The notes below the pieces were generated by a model. It did no database searches, was not told where the DNA came from, and worked only from the letters and a program-made list of their open reading frames with translations. This document shows, in pieces, positions 46,034-55,699 of a stretch of 64,000 nucleotides of DNA (position 1 is its first letter; each line of letters starts with the position of its first letter). Source of the stretch: Candidatus Vogelbacteria bacterium (GTDB lineage: Bacteria; Patescibacteriota; Minisyncoccia; Phycocordibacterales; XYD1-FULL-46-19); assembly GCA_903864935.1 (NCBI GenBank), contig CAIPHT010000007.1:16293-80292 (forward strand), in the 5' to 3' direction. The position numbers and the translations under genes were made by a program.

Positions 46034-47029
46034 TTATTTTTTGAATTTACGCCTTAGGTTATAAATCAGATACCAGAAAGGTTGCCCGACGAGATCAAAG
46101 AGGGGAGAGTAACTGAGCATCTCGCCGCCAAATCTTTTTTTATAAATCGAGAGACCACTCCACTGGTGTCCACTTTTCCCGGCCGAATTCTCGATGGCGC
46201 CAAAATTATACCAAGAAAGGCCACGTCTCTTGGCCTCGCAAATGGCTTCCCAGTGGAGGAGTTGAGTTGGCATTTTTTCTCGCCCGATATTAGAAGAGGC
46301 GCCAAAGGGGTAATAGGCGGTATCCCCAAAGAAGAGTATGAGATGCATCGCCAAGATCTGATTCTGGTACCTTGCGATAAAAAGATTAAGTTGATCTGTT
46401 TCTTTGGCCGAGTTCCAAATTATCTCATAATAGCTCTTGGGGTGAAGTCTAAACTCGTTACGGGTGGCCGTGTCACTCATTAATTGGTAAAAATCGTTGA
46501 AGTATTTGGCCATATCTTTTCCCTCGACTTTCTCGACAGTCACTTCTTTGCGCTTAGCGAGATTAATGCCATAGCGTGTTTTCTCATGCATGGTTTTGAG
46601 TAATTCATCCTCACTCTTGTTGAGATTAAGACGCCAGTCATTGGGGGATTGGACGAATGATGATTTATAAGAAACTTCAGGGGCGGTCTTAAAATATTTT
46701 TGCCAGAGCTTGGTTGAAGCATCTTCTTTGGGCCATGGCTCGAAACGCAGGAAGACGGAGTCCGTTTCGGCCAAAAGTTTTTTGTTGACGGTCTTGAATT
46801 CTTCAACCAGCTTCTCTGTTAATCGCCCGATAATGATTGGACCATGGGGAATATACCAATAGCTTTTGCCAAGGAGGAGGGGATAGCAAATACTTTGCCA
46901 AGCCAATTGGTTTTCTCCATCAGAGAGAGAAAAAATTTTAACCTTTCGGCCAGCTGCTTCTTGCCACTCGCGATAGATAGCACTTTGGGTAAAGTGGGGG
47001 GATGCTTCTTTTTCTTTATTTTCCATCAT
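46034..47029 (-). CDS. FemABX peptidoglycan interpeptide bridge aminoacyltransferase
   Basis: KTRYGIN, TATRNEF, YPFGAS, LHWEAI..AK, YKKRFGG. Confidence 0.9.
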   Translation of the reverse strand: MMENKEKEASPHFTQSAIYREWQEAAGRKVKIFSLSDGENQLAWQSICYPLLLGKSYWYIPHGPIIIGRLTEKLVEEFKTVNKKLLAETDSVFLRFEPWPKEDASTKLWQKYFKTAPEVSYKSSFVQSPNDWRLNLNKSEDELLKTMHEKTRYGINLAKRKEVTVEKVEGKDMAKYFNDFYQLMSDTATRNEFRLHPKSYYEIIWNSAKETDQLNLFIARYQNQILAMHLILFFGDTAYYPFGASSNIGREKMPTQLLHWEAICEAKRRGLSWYNFGAIENSAGKSGHQWSGLSIYKKRFGGEMLSYSPLFDLVGQPFWYLIYNLRRKFKK

Positions 47030-47601
47030 CTTTTATTGCCAAGTTGTTTTAGAACTTCTTTAACTTGTTCGCTGGTATCGGTAATGTCGGCCGGTATTTT
47101 TCTTAAGGCTTCGCGAGCCTCTTTGTTAGAATAGCCAAGAGATTCGAGGGCAAGTATCGTCTCAGCTTCTTGGTCAAGATTTCCTCCTTCGCTCTCAATA
47201 ACGCCAATTTTGTCACGAAGCTCGAGAACTATTTTCTCAGCAATCTTGCGCCCTATCCCTGAGACCTGAGTTAAGTAAGAGGTGTTGCCTGACGAGATTG
47301 CTCTCTTTAAAGTGTCAGGAGGCGCGAGGGAGAGGATAGAGAGCGCTCCCCGTGGGCCAACACCAGAGATACTAATAAGGAGCTCAAAGAAGTCGAGCTC
47401 GTTCTTGGTAAGGAAGCCGTATAGATCAAGAACATCTTCTCTCACAACGAGATGGGTCCAGAAGTTGAGGGGGGTTTGGCCAATTTGGACCTTGCTCAGG
47501 GTGTCTGCTGAGACAAAAAGCTTGTACCCGACGCCGTTGACCTCGAGGATGAGGGACCGGCTGTCGCTATAAGCTATTTTGCCAGTAAGTTGACCAATCA
47601 T
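47026..47601 (-). CDS. ruvA: Holliday junction DNA-binding RuvA
   Basis: MIGQLTG, VNGVGY, VRED..LYGF, SGVGPR.AL, ALESLGY. Confidence 0.96.
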   Translation of the reverse strand: MIGQLTGKIAYSDSRSLILEVNGVGYKLFVSADTLSKVQIGQTPLNFWTHLVVREDVLDLYGFLTKNELDFFELLISISGVGPRGALSILSLAPPDTLKRAISSGNTSYLTQVSGIGRKIAEKIVLELRDKIGVIESEGGNLDQEAETILALESLGYSNKEAREALRKIPADITDTSEQVKEVLKQLGNKR

Positions 47602-47668
47602 AGCTTCATAATACACCAGCGAGGCATACCCTTGCAATTAAGCGCAAAATCTTGTATTCTTTCCCTGT

Positions 47669-47932
47669 ATGCCAATAATCAAATCAGCAAAAAAGGCTTT
47701 ACGCGGCAGTCAGCGTAAGAAAGTTTATAACGATCGTCGCAACAAAGCTATGAAGGCGGCGGTTAAAGATGTGAAGAAATTAGTTGTAGCTAAGGAGCCT
47801 AAGCAGGCCCTCGCCGAACTAAAGACCGCCTACAAGGCGATCGACAAGGCCGCCAAGCGTGGAATTATCAAAAAAAATACCGCTGCTCGCAAAAAGTCCC
47901 GTCTCGCCAAACTTATCAAAAAATCAGTCTAG
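47669..47932 (+). CDS. rpsT: 30S ribosomal protein S20
   Basis: MPIIKSAKKALR, IDKAAKRGIIKKNTAARKKSRL. Confidence 0.97.
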   Translation: MPIIKSAKKALRGSQRKKVYNDRRNKAMKAAVKDVKKLVVAKEPKQALAELKTAYKAIDKAAKRGIIKKNTAARKKSRLAKLIKKSV

Positions 47933-47939
47933 TCTCTAA

Positions 47940-47977
47940 TAATCAAAAAACCGCCCCAAGGGGCGGTTTTTTGATTA
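47940..47977. terminator. bidirectional terminator
   Basis: TAATCAAAAAACCGCCCC-aa-GGGGCGGTTTTTTGATTA. Confidence 0.88.
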
Positions 47978-47992
47978 GCGGAATTTTGTTTT

Positions 47993-48067
47993 TGGTGCTC
48001 CCGGCAGGAATCGAACCTACATCACATCCTCCGCAAGGATGCATTCTATCCGTTGAACTACGGGAGC
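47993..48067 (-). tRNA. tRNA-Arg(GCG)
   Basis: GCTCCCG acceptor, CATCC-TTGCGGA-GGATG anticodon arm, encoded CCA. Confidence 0.92.
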
Positions 48068-48094
48068 ATTGATTGATACGTTAACACAAAACTA

Positions 48095-48565
48095 TTAAAA
48101 ACCCAAGGACTCGAAGATCACTTCGGTAAAAGTCTCCACATGCTTTTCTTCTTCACCATAATTAAGCATTAACTGGCGAACTTCCTCAGGATTTTGCCCG
48201 ATAATTGGGATATGAATATTGGGGACGAAGAGGCGACGGTAGTGGAGGATAAGGCGAGCTGGTTTGTCGCCCGACGCTTCTTCAACCCAGAAAGAAGCAA
48301 TCTTCTCATAAGTAAAAAGTTCTTTGTTTAGTTGGACTCCTTGCTTGGTTATCTTCACCCATAATTTGGGATCAACCGGGCGTTTCTCATGATGGTAGAG
48401 AGAGAAAGCGCCTAGACCGATAATTAAAGCGAGAAGGATATTCCCAAAGAAAAGAGAAATAATCGCTGAGAAAACAGCAATCGCGCCAAGTGCCCAAAAC
48501 CAATCCTCACTTCGCTCAATTGGTTCACTGCTATATGATTCCCACTCCAAAATTGGATCGTTCAT
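48095..48565 (-). CDS. conserved two-TM hypothetical protein (PH-like C-terminus)
   Basis: ERSEDWFW, two TM helices, IASFW, ends LGF. Confidence 0.8.
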   Translation of the reverse strand: MNDPILEWESYSSEPIERSEDWFWALGAIAVFSAIISLFFGNILLALIIGLGAFSLYHHEKRPVDPKLWVKITKQGVQLNKELFTYEKIASFWVEEASGDKPARLILHYRRLFVPNIHIPIIGQNPEEVRQLMLNYGEEEKHVETFTEVIFESLGF

Positions 48566-48657
48566 TTGCTCTAATTATAACAGTTTTTCCTTTTTTAAAG
48601 TAGAGTGGAAAAGTTTTATTTTCCTTTAAATTCTGCTAGTATTCTTAGTGTTTACTG

Positions 48658-48744
48658 GGAGGGGTGCTTGAGAGGCTGAAAAGGTCGGTCTTGAAAACCG
48701 AAATACCCGAAAGGGTATCGTGGGTTCGAATCCCACCCCCTCCG
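48658..48744 (+). tRNA. tRNA-Ser(UGA)
   Basis: GGAGGGG/CCCCTCC acceptor, loop CTTGAAA, long variable arm. Confidence 0.95.
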
Positions 48745-48820
48745 CCTTCGGTTCGCCGAAGCGAACCTACGGCGTGACGAAGTCCGCCAGAAGATGAGCG
48801 ACAGCGGGAATAAAATAATT

Positions 48821-49189
48821 ATGTCCAACGAATCACCTAAAGATCAAATTGCTAATTCTGTCGACAGCGAAGCTGAGGCCTCTTGGAATGGGCAAAAAAT
48901 GCGCATACTCTCGCTTAGGAAGGAGGTCATTGATGAAGTAAAAAGAAAAATTGTTTTCGAACCATCCCAACATCTAAGCGATTTGGTTAGTGAAGTTAGG
49001 GATCGTCTTCTTAAGAAAACTGGTTTAGATGAAGACGAGTTAAGAAAGTTTGCGGCCTTTAATTTTATTTCTGGTAGCACGATTGATTATGTTAGCGTCC
49101 CCAATTTTGATTTGCCTGGGAATTTAATTACGGGGACCTTCATATCTGTTTTTGGTCGTGAGTTACGTAATCTGGAGGCCTTAACTTAA
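48821..49189 (+). CDS. hypothetical protein
   Basis: ORF between tRNA-Ser and ruvX; start uncertain (48794 or 48821). Confidence 0.6.
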   Translation: MSNESPKDQIANSVDSEAEASWNGQKMRILSLRKEVIDEVKRKIVFEPSQHLSDLVSEVRDRLLKKTGLDEDELRKFAAFNFISGSTIDYVSVPNFDLPGNLITGTFISVFGRELRNLEALT

Positions 49190-49191
49190 TT

Positions 49192-49590
49192 ATGCGTTAT
49201 CTAGGAATTGACTATGGTAATAGAAAAGTGGGCCTCGCCATCTCCGATGAAGCGGGGAGCTTTGCTTTTCCTTATCAAGTAATTGAGAACAGGGGATTGG
49301 ATAACTTAATCGCTCAGATTGAGAAAATTTGTGACAACGAAGGCGTCGGGAGCATAGTCTTGGGTGAATCAATAGACCTGTCAGGCCTTGCCAATGACAT
49401 CCAAAAGGACATCTCAAACTTTAAAGAAAAATTAGAAAAAGAAACGGGGCGCGAGGTCATCTTAGAAAAAGAATTCTTCACCACTCAAGAAGCCAGACGA
49501 ATTATTGACGAGGATCAAGTTGATAGACAAACCGATGCTCGGGCCGCCGCGCTCATTCTTAAGTCATATCTGGATAAAAATTCTAGATAG
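49192..49590 (+). CDS. ruvX: YqgF/RuvX pre-16S rRNA nuclease
   Basis: YLGIDYG..KVGLAISD, EFFTT.EA, DARAAALIL. Confidence 0.93.
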   Translation: MRYLGIDYGNRKVGLAISDEAGSFAFPYQVIENRGLDNLIAQIEKICDNEGVGSIVLGESIDLSGLANDIQKDISNFKEKLEKETGREVILEKEFFTTQEARRIIDEDQVDRQTDARAAALILKSYLDKNSR

Positions 49591-49619
49591 TTTTCTTACT
49601 TTAGATTATAATTAGAGAG

Positions 49620-50693
49620 ATGGATAAGGATTTGCTTCTTAAATTTTTTCCGGTGCCAGACTTTTTACTTCGGCCGGCGGTTGGTTTCGATATCTCTGAT
49701 CAATCCATAAAATTTATGGAGTTAATTAGAGTTGGTGATAAGTTTAAAATTGGCCGTTTTGGTGAAGTGGAGATACCGCTCGGTCTTATCGAAGGCGGGG
49801 TGCTTAAGGATGCTGAAGCTTTTCTCAAAATTCTTATTGACCTTAAACATAAGTGGCATTTTTCTAACGTTTTTATTTCTCTGCCGGATGATCATACTTA
49901 TACTATTAATCTCAAGTTGCCGTTATTAAAGCCCGAGGAAGTTTATGGGAGCATTGAATTGCAAATTGAAGAATATGTCTCTTTGCCGGCCCCTGAAGTT
50001 GTCTTCGACTTTGAACTTATCCACCAAGATAAAGAGGGTGACAAATTAGATGTTGGAGTCACCGCTTCTCCGCGCAAGATGATTGAGAGTTATCAAGATG
50101 TTTTTTCTCGGGCGGGACTTAATCTCTTGGCTGTTGAGACGCAAGGAGTGGCCTTAGCCAGAACTTTTGCTGGGGCAGGTAAAAGTAATAATGTTGCCAT
50201 TGTTGATCTTGGGAAGAATCATACGGCAATCTTTTGGGTCAAACGGGGGGTGGTGATACACGCTTCGGCGGCCATTGTGGGTGGAGCGACAATTACTCGT
50301 AATTTGCAAAAAGCTCTTGGCCTAGAATTTGCCGAAGCCGAGAAAATTAAGATGACTCAAGGCCTTCTTCGTTCGGGGGAGAATCAACCCGCTTTTGAAG
50401 CGATGGTTCCCGTCGTCTCGGCTATTCGTGACGAGATTGAACGTTTGACTTCCTTCTGGTTGGGTCAAATTGAAGAAGCGGAGCCTAAACTAGACCAAAT
50501 TATTTTGACTGGCGGACAGTCTTCCTTGCCGGGGTTTGCCGAATATCTGGGCAATCACTTGTCTTGCCCCGTAACAATTGGCAATCCTTGGGAAAAAGTT
50601 TTTCCCGCCAATACGACAGTCAAAGAATTGGTTTATAATGAAGCTCTCCGTTATGGGACAGCAATTGGCTTAGCTCTGCGAAACTTTAGATAA
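49620..50693 (+). CDS. pilM: type IV pilus assembly protein PilM
   Basis: VGFDISDQSIK, VDLG, ILTGG, AIGLALR. Confidence 0.9.
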   Translation: MDKDLLLKFFPVPDFLLRPAVGFDISDQSIKFMELIRVGDKFKIGRFGEVEIPLGLIEGGVLKDAEAFLKILIDLKHKWHFSNVFISLPDDHTYTINLKLPLLKPEEVYGSIELQIEEYVSLPAPEVVFDFELIHQDKEGDKLDVGVTASPRKMIESYQDVFSRAGLNLLAVETQGVALARTFAGAGKSNNVAIVDLGKNHTAIFWVKRGVVIHASAAIVGGATITRNLQKALGLEFAEAEKIKMTQGLLRSGENQPAFEAMVPVVSAIRDEIERLTSFWLGQIEEAEPKLDQIILTGGQSSLPGFAEYLGNHLSCPVTIGNPWEKVFPANTTVKELVYNEALRYGTAIGLALRNFR

Positions 50694-50702
50694 GAATTAA
50701 AA

Positions 50703-51245
50703 ATGGCAAATCTTTTAACCAACGAAGCAAAAAAGAAGTTAGTTCGCGAAAGAAAAATTCGAGAGCTGGTTTTGTCACTCGGACTCTTGGCTGTACTCCT
50801 GCTAATTGCCGTGGTTCTTAATGTTTCTCTTTGGTTGAGCTTTAGAATTCAGAAGGACATCCCAATAGCAAAAGGACTCGCGACTTCGAGTCCCTCGAGT
50901 GCTCCCGTCAATTCAATTAAGGAGACAGTACAAATCAAAGAGAAGTTATCTCTATTATCTAAATGGTGGCCAAACAATACTTGGTCTTCAGTTGTTGCAA
51001 AAGTTGAGAAGATAAGACCAGCAACTGTTAAAATCAGTCAGATTACCGGTTTATTAAGCGAGAAGGATAATACCATAAGTCTTGCTATCTCCGGTCAGGC
51101 TCTTGGTCGTCAGGAATTGGTGAAGTTTGTTGATGATTTAAAAAAAGAAAAAGCCTTTAGTAAGGTCGATCTGCCGATTGATTATTTGCTTAGTACGGCC
51201 AAAGGGCAATTTACTATAAATTTAGAAATAAAAAACAATGATTAA
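50703..51245 (+). CDS. pilN: PilN-like protein
   Basis: MANLL motif, TM, ISGQA..RQEL..F...L. Confidence 0.75.
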   Translation: MANLLTNEAKKKLVRERKIRELVLSLGLLAVLLLIAVVLNVSLWLSFRIQKDIPIAKGLATSSPSSAPVNSIKETVQIKEKLSLLSKWWPNNTWSSVVAKVEKIRPATVKISQITGLLSEKDNTISLAISGQALGRQELVKFVDDLKKEKAFSKVDLPIDYLLSTAKGQFTINLEIKNND

Positions 51246-51729
51246 GTCACCTTCAAGCAAATGGGTAATTGCTCTTGGATTAATTGTTTTGTTGGCAATT
51301 GGTGTGTGGGGTGTCTTGTTTTTATTTATTCAGCAGGATAAAAAGATTGTGATCGAAATAAACCAAAAGAGCGAACAGTCTGGCGGAGGGGAGGGTGTTG
51401 TCGGTCTTCGTCTAAATCAGGAAAAAATAACTAAAATAAAAAATTACTTTATCTCGGGCGAGTCCACTGTTAAATTGTTGGAAGAGCTTGAGCAACTTGG
51501 ACGCAAAACGAATGTTAATCTCACGATTGGTCAGGCGGGAGAGGCGGAGACAGAACTAAAATTAAATCTCTCAACCGAGGGAACATTTTCTGGGACGATG
51601 AAATTCCTTCAGGGTTTGGAGAACTTGCCTTATGCGACAAGGATTGACCGTTTAGAGTTAAAGAAGAGTGAGAAAATGTGGCAAAGCGTTTTTATCCTTA
51701 GAGTTTTAAAAGATAATACCAGTATTTAA
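51238..51729 (+). CDS. pilO: PilO-like protein
   Basis: TM, GTFSGTMKFLQGLENLPY. Confidence 0.7.
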   Translation: MIKSPSSKWVIALGLIVLLAIGVWGVLFLFIQQDKKIVIEINQKSEQSGGGEGVVGLRLNQEKITKIKNYFISGESTVKLLEELEQLGRKTNVNLTIGQAGEAETELKLNLSTEGTFSGTMKFLQGLENLPYATRIDRLELKKSEKMWQSVFILRVLKDNTSI

Positions 51730-51731
51730 AA

Positions 51732-52022
51732 ATGTTTGATAAATTTAAAAAAATTAATTTGTCTGACCCAACCGTCTTCTGGCGTTTGGCGATGATGGCC
51801 TCTGGCTTTGGCTTAATTTTAATCTTTGTTGGGCAAACCGTCTTCATGTTCATTGTGAGCGAGACAGGTCCCAGCCAAACAGTGACCCTGTCTTCAGTTG
51901 ATACTGGTGCTGGTCTTGATGCCAAGAGGATAGAGACTTTGCTAAAAGAATTAGAAGCTCGTCCCCTAAGAGCAGAGAGTGCCCTCGCCACCACCACCCT
52001 CTTTGTTGACCCGAGCCTATAA
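51732..52022 (+). CDS. small membrane protein of the pilMNO operon
   Basis: TM helix, ends VDPSL. Confidence 0.65.
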   Translation: MFDKFKKINLSDPTVFWRLAMMASGFGLILIFVGQTVFMFIVSETGPSQTVTLSSVDTGAGLDAKRIETLLKELEARPLRAESALATTTLFVDPSL

Positions 52023-52053
52023 TTATTGCTATATTTTAAGAGCCTTAAGTTTT

Positions 52054-52125
52054 GCCCCTGTAGTTAAATGGATATAACAGCGGACTTCTAAGCCGTTATT
52101 CGAGGTTCGATTCCTCGCGGGGGCA
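52054..52125 (+). tRNA. tRNA-Arg(UCU)
   Basis: GCCCCTG/CGGGGGC acceptor, loop CTTCTAA. Confidence 0.92.
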
Positions 52126-52144
52126 CAGTTGCTTTAAAATTAAT

Positions 52145-52217
52145 GGGTGGTTAGCTCAGTTGGTAGAGCGTCCGGTTTACATCCGGCAGGTCACAGGTTC
52201 GAGTCCTGTACCACCCA
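52145..52217 (+). tRNA. tRNA-Val(UAC)
   Basis: GGGTGGT/ACCACCC acceptor, loop TTTACAT. Confidence 0.93.
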
Positions 52218-52222
52218 CATAA

Positions 52223-52963
52223 ATGTTAGACACCCAAATCATCTATGAAGATAAGGACCTCTTGGTTATTAATAAACCGAGTGGTTTGTCGGTGCATGGG
52301 GACGGATTTAATCTGGAGACAAAGACGCTGGTTGATTGGTTGATGGGTAAGTATCCAGAGATTGAAAGTGTAGGAGAGAGTATGTTTACTCAGAAGGGGG
52401 AGGAGATTAAGAAGCCTGGGATTATCCATCGGTTAGATAAGGAGACTAGTGGGGTTATGATTATTGCTAAGACTCAAGAGGCTTTCTTGTGTTTCAAAAA
52501 ACAATTTCAAGATCATGAGGTGAAGAAGATTTATCGAGCTATTCTCTCTGGCCATGTTAACTTGCCGGTGGGGGAGGAGAAGATTCTCGATTGGCCCATT
52601 GGTCGTAGCAAGAATGACCCAAGAATTAGGGTGGCCCGTCTCCATGGGAAGGGCAAATTGCGCGAAGCGGTTACTATCTTCCGTCTCCTTGAAAATATTT
52701 GTTCTAGTTACGCTTATATTGAGGCCGAACCTAAGAGTGGTCGCACTCATCAACTTCGAGCCCACTTTAAGGCCTACAACCATCCGATTATTGGTGATCA
52801 TTTATACAATCAAGAGGATGATGGTGGGGGAGCCATTGGTCGCACCGCACTCCATGCTTACTCCTTGTCTCTTAAGGGACTCTCGGGCGAGAGCGTGACC
52901 TTCGTGGCCCCTTTGCCGACTGATTTTGTGTCAGCGCTTGAAAAACTTAAGTCTTCATGTTAA
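52223..52963 (+). CDS. RluA-family pseudouridine synthase
   Basis: [32 protein letters not shown]. Confidence 0.95.
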   Translation: MLDTQIIYEDKDLLVINKPSGLSVHGDGFNLETKTLVDWLMGKYPEIESVGESMFTQKGEEIKKPGIIHRLDKETSGVMIIAKTQEAFLCFKKQFQDHEVKKIYRAILSGHVNLPVGEEKILDWPIGRSKNDPRIRVARLHGKGKLREAVTIFRLLENICSSYAYIEAEPKSGRTHQLRAHFKAYNHPIIGDHLYNQEDDGGGAIGRTALHAYSLSLKGLSGESVTFVAPLPTDFVSALEKLKSSC

Positions 52964-52976
52964 ACTGCTTCGCGTT

Positions 52977-53456
52977 ATGGCAAAGGCAACAGAATTCCTA
53001 ATTTCCCCAGTAGATATGGTTAAGCGCCAGAAGTTGGCCTTGAAGCCCGGCTTTACTGTTAAGGTTTGGCAGAAGGTTCCTGATAAGGGTGGCAAGTTCC
53101 GCTTGCAGGCTTATGAGGGTCTTATTATCGCGACCAAACATGGTAATGAGGCTGGTGCCACTTTCACTGTTCGTCGTGTCGCCTCCGGTGTTGGGATGGA
53201 AAAGATTTTCCCTCTCTATTCTCCAATGATTGATAAGATTGAAATTCTACGAGAAGTTAAGGTTCGTCGTTCTAAATTGTATTATATCCGTGAGAAGGCC
53301 GCTCGTGAGATTCGTCGCCGTATGCGTAAGATTGTTACTGGCAAGCGCGAGCCCGATGAATTGGTTGAGCAGGTAACTGCCGGTGTTGTGCTTGAACCGG
53401 TTGCTGAAGAGGAGATGATTGAAGCACCAGTAACTGAAGCCGAAACCAAAGAATAA
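52977..53456 (+). CDS. rplS: 50S ribosomal protein L19
   Basis: [37 protein letters not shown]. Confidence 0.96.
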   Translation: MAKATEFLISPVDMVKRQKLALKPGFTVKVWQKVPDKGGKFRLQAYEGLIIATKHGNEAGATFTVRRVASGVGMEKIFPLYSPMIDKIEILREVKVRRSKLYYIREKAAREIRRRMRKIVTGKREPDELVEQVTAGVVLEPVAEEEMIEAPVTEAETKE

Positions 53457-53459
53457 TTA

Positions 53460-53493
53460 AACAAAAAACTCGCCAATTGGCGAGTTTTTTGTT
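53460..53493. terminator. terminator (perfect palindrome)
   Basis: AACAAAAAACTCGCCAATTGGCGAGTTTTTTGTT. Confidence 0.85.
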
Positions 53494-53515
53494 ATAGTCA
53501 GAGTGTTCAAAATTT

Positions 53516-53599
53516 GCCCAGGTGGTGAAATTGGTATACACGCTACCTTGAGGTGGTAGAGCCAGCAATGGTGTGGAGGTTCGAGTCCTCTCCTGGGCA
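53516..53599 (+). tRNA. tRNA-Leu(GAG)
   Basis: GCCCAGG/CCTGGGC acceptor, CTACC-TTGAGGT-GGTAG, long variable arm. Confidence 0.95.
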
Positions 53600-53721
53600 C
53601 AAAAAGTCGGCCAACGCCGATTTTTTTTGTGCCCGCGGAAGAGTCCTCCTTTTTTGCTTGACAATTTAGACCAGTATGGTATACTTAGATGCAGGGTGTT
53701 CTAACCAAAGGAGGTGTTGCC

Positions 53722-53901
53722 GTGGAGACATCGTTTTACCTTTATGGGGAGTCTGGTCGTTATCTGGGGACAGTTGTTCTGTCTGTGGAAACGACAAGCG
53801 CAACCGATTTCTGGAAGGCCCTTTTGGAGAAGGATCGGGCCTTGTATGAAGAGACCGCAACCTTCGCCCCCGTTTCTGGCTTCACAGCACACGCTGTCTA
53901 G
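53722..53901 (+). CDS. 59-aa hypothetical protein in a stand-alone cassette
   Basis: TTGACA-16-TATACT promoter (53658-85), AAGGAGGT SD, GTG start, hairpin GGCGCCA..TGGCGCC downstream. Confidence 0.6.
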   Translation: METSFYLYGESGRYLGTVVLSVETTSATDFWKALLEKDRALYEETATFAPVSGFTAHAV

Positions 53902-53977
53902 CCAAGCCAGATCGAATGGCGCCATGCCCTGTGGGTGGCGCCTTTGTCTTTTCCCTTTTTTTATGTTAAAAATAGAT

Positions 53978-54505
53978 ATGCTTTATACAGGCAAAGGGGA
54001 TAATGGTAAAACAAATCTCTTTCATTGTGACCAGCGTTTGTCCAAGAGTTCGCTCGTGGCTGAAGCGCTTGGTTCACTTGACGAGATCAATTCCTTTCTT
54101 GGTTGGTGTAAGGTTAAGACTTCAGGCAAAGTTCTGTCTCAACTTTCTTCGACTCAAGACAACCTCTTTTCTGTTCAGGCCGAAGTGGCCGGAGCTGATA
54201 AATTTGTCACTGCGAGCGACGTAGAAGAATTAGAGACCTGGATCGCTGAGATTGAGAAAGATCTACCCGAAATCAAGTCCTTCATTGTCTCTGGTGGTAC
54301 AGAATTAGCAGCGATGTTTGATTTTGCTCGGACTATTGCTCGTCGTACTGAGCGTAAGGTTGTCGCTGTTTCCGAAGCAGGAGATGTTGCCCTTAATCCT
54401 GAGACTCTTGCTTATCTCAATCGTCTATCATCATTTCTCTATGCCTTGGCTCGCCAGGCGAACAACGAAGCGGGGATAGAGGAGGAGAAGCCCAAATACA
54501 ATTAA
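53978..54505 (+). CDS. pduO: PduO-type cob(I)alamin adenosyltransferase
   Basis: YTGKGDNGKT, GSLDEINS, RTIARRTER, YLNRLSSFLY. Confidence 0.92.
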   Translation: MLYTGKGDNGKTNLFHCDQRLSKSSLVAEALGSLDEINSFLGWCKVKTSGKVLSQLSSTQDNLFSVQAEVAGADKFVTASDVEELETWIAEIEKDLPEIKSFIVSGGTELAAMFDFARTIARRTERKVVAVSEAGDVALNPETLAYLNRLSSFLYALARQANNEAGIEEEKPKYN

Positions 54506-54561
54506 ACTTGTCCACAGGGAATAGTGTTTACCTGTGGTTATTTTTATATTAAAATTAGTTA

Positions 54562-55074
54562 ATGCTGTTAATCTCTTGCAAAAATTGTGGCAAGATTTTT
54601 AAAAAGAAGCCTTCTCAAGTTGAACGTTCAAAAGAACATTTTTGCTCTGCTTTTTGTCAACATGAAGCAAAAAAGTCAGGTGGAATGAAAGAATGCTTTA
54701 TCTGCGGTGAAAAAATTTATCGACAAAGCAAGTTTTTGAAGCAATCTCAAAGTGGTAAATTTTTTTGTAGCAAAAAGTGTAGTCTAAAATGGCAAAATAC
54801 AGAATTTATTGGAGAAAAACATCCAAATTGGATTAGTGGTGAATATTCCTATCGGGCAATTCTAAAAAAAACAGGGGTCGCTCAGAGGTGCTGTCTGTGT
54901 GACAAAGATGACAAGAGGATTCTCGCTGTTCACCATTTGGATAAAAATCGTCAGAATAATAAAAAAGCTAATCTCGTCTGGCTCTGCCATAATTGTCATC
55001 ATTTGGTGCATCATTATGATGTGGATAAAGAATTTTTGGCTAAAATAAAACAAAATGGTAATAAGACTTTGTAA
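54562..55074 (+). CDS. HNH endonuclease with zinc-finger (CxxC/FCS) repeats
   Basis: CKNC, FCS..C repeats, VHHLDKNRQNN..NLVWLCHNCHH. Confidence 0.9.
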   Translation: MLLISCKNCGKIFKKKPSQVERSKEHFCSAFCQHEAKKSGGMKECFICGEKIYRQSKFLKQSQSGKFFCSKKCSLKWQNTEFIGEKHPNWISGEYSYRAILKKTGVAQRCCLCDKDDKRILAVHHLDKNRQNNKKANLVWLCHNCHHLVHHYDVDKEFLAKIKQNGNKTL

Positions 55075-55546
55075 AATTTGCGGGGAATCTTTTAAAACAA
55101 AACCCTCTTTTGTTGAGAAGGGGCAGGGGATATATTGCTCGAATACTTGTCATTATCGAGACAAGAAGGGTGAAAAAATTAAATGTTTTGTCTGTGGCCA
55201 GGAAACATACCGGCCTATTTCTCGACTTGGTAATTCTAAAAGTGGAAAATATTTCTGTGGCAAGTCTTGTCAAACTAAATGGCGGAATAAGGAATTTAGC
55301 GGAGAAAAGAGTTTGATGTGGAAAAATGGTCAATCAACATATAGACGGGTAATAATAAAGAGCTCTGTTAAAAAGGAGTGTCAGTTGTGCCAAGAAAATG
55401 ATCAGAGAGTCTTGGCTGTCCACCATATCGATAAAAATCGAAAAAATTACAAAGTTGAAAATCTGGCTTGGCTGTGCCATAATTGCCATTACTTGGTGCA
55501 TCACCATGATTCGGAGATGCAAAAGTTTATGGAGGCATTGGTGTAG
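55055..55546 (+). CDS. HNH endonuclease paralogue; 3' end overlaps tRNA-His
   Basis: VHHIDKNRKN..NLAWLCHNCH; last codons EALV* lie inside the tRNA. Confidence 0.9.
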   Translation: MVIRLCKICGESFKTKPSFVEKGQGIYCSNTCHYRDKKGEKIKCFVCGQETYRPISRLGNSKSGKYFCGKSCQTKWRNKEFSGEKSLMWKNGQSTYRRVIIKSSVKKECQLCQENDQRVLAVHHIDKNRKNYKVENLAWLCHNCHYLVHHHDSEMQKFMEALV

Positions 55547-55602
55547 TAGTAGCACAACGACCTGTGGAGTCGTCAGCAAGGGTGCGACCCCCTTATGCCT
55601 CC
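55531..55602 (+). tRNA. tRNA-His(GUG)
   Basis: G-1 plus GAGGCAT/ATGCCTC-C acceptor, ACGAC-CTGTGGA-GTCGT; atypical T-loop TGCGACC. Confidence 0.85.
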
Positions 55603-55699
55603 CATCACAGATTTTCTCAATCAGCCTTTATTTTAAGGCGTCTTTTGGTTTTTGTGGACAAGGATTGTTTTTGCTGAGATGGCTAGATATAATATCGGT

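Noticed and set aside
54508-54540. DnaA-box-like inverted pair CCACAGG/CCTGTGG upstream of the HNH genes
   Set aside because: Only mismatched boxes 34 kb from dnaA; cannot be distinguished from a weak hairpin.
54506-55546. HNH genes as cargo of a tRNA intron
   Set aside because: tRNA-His is contiguous, no 5' tRNA half lies upstream, and no group I intron core was recognised.
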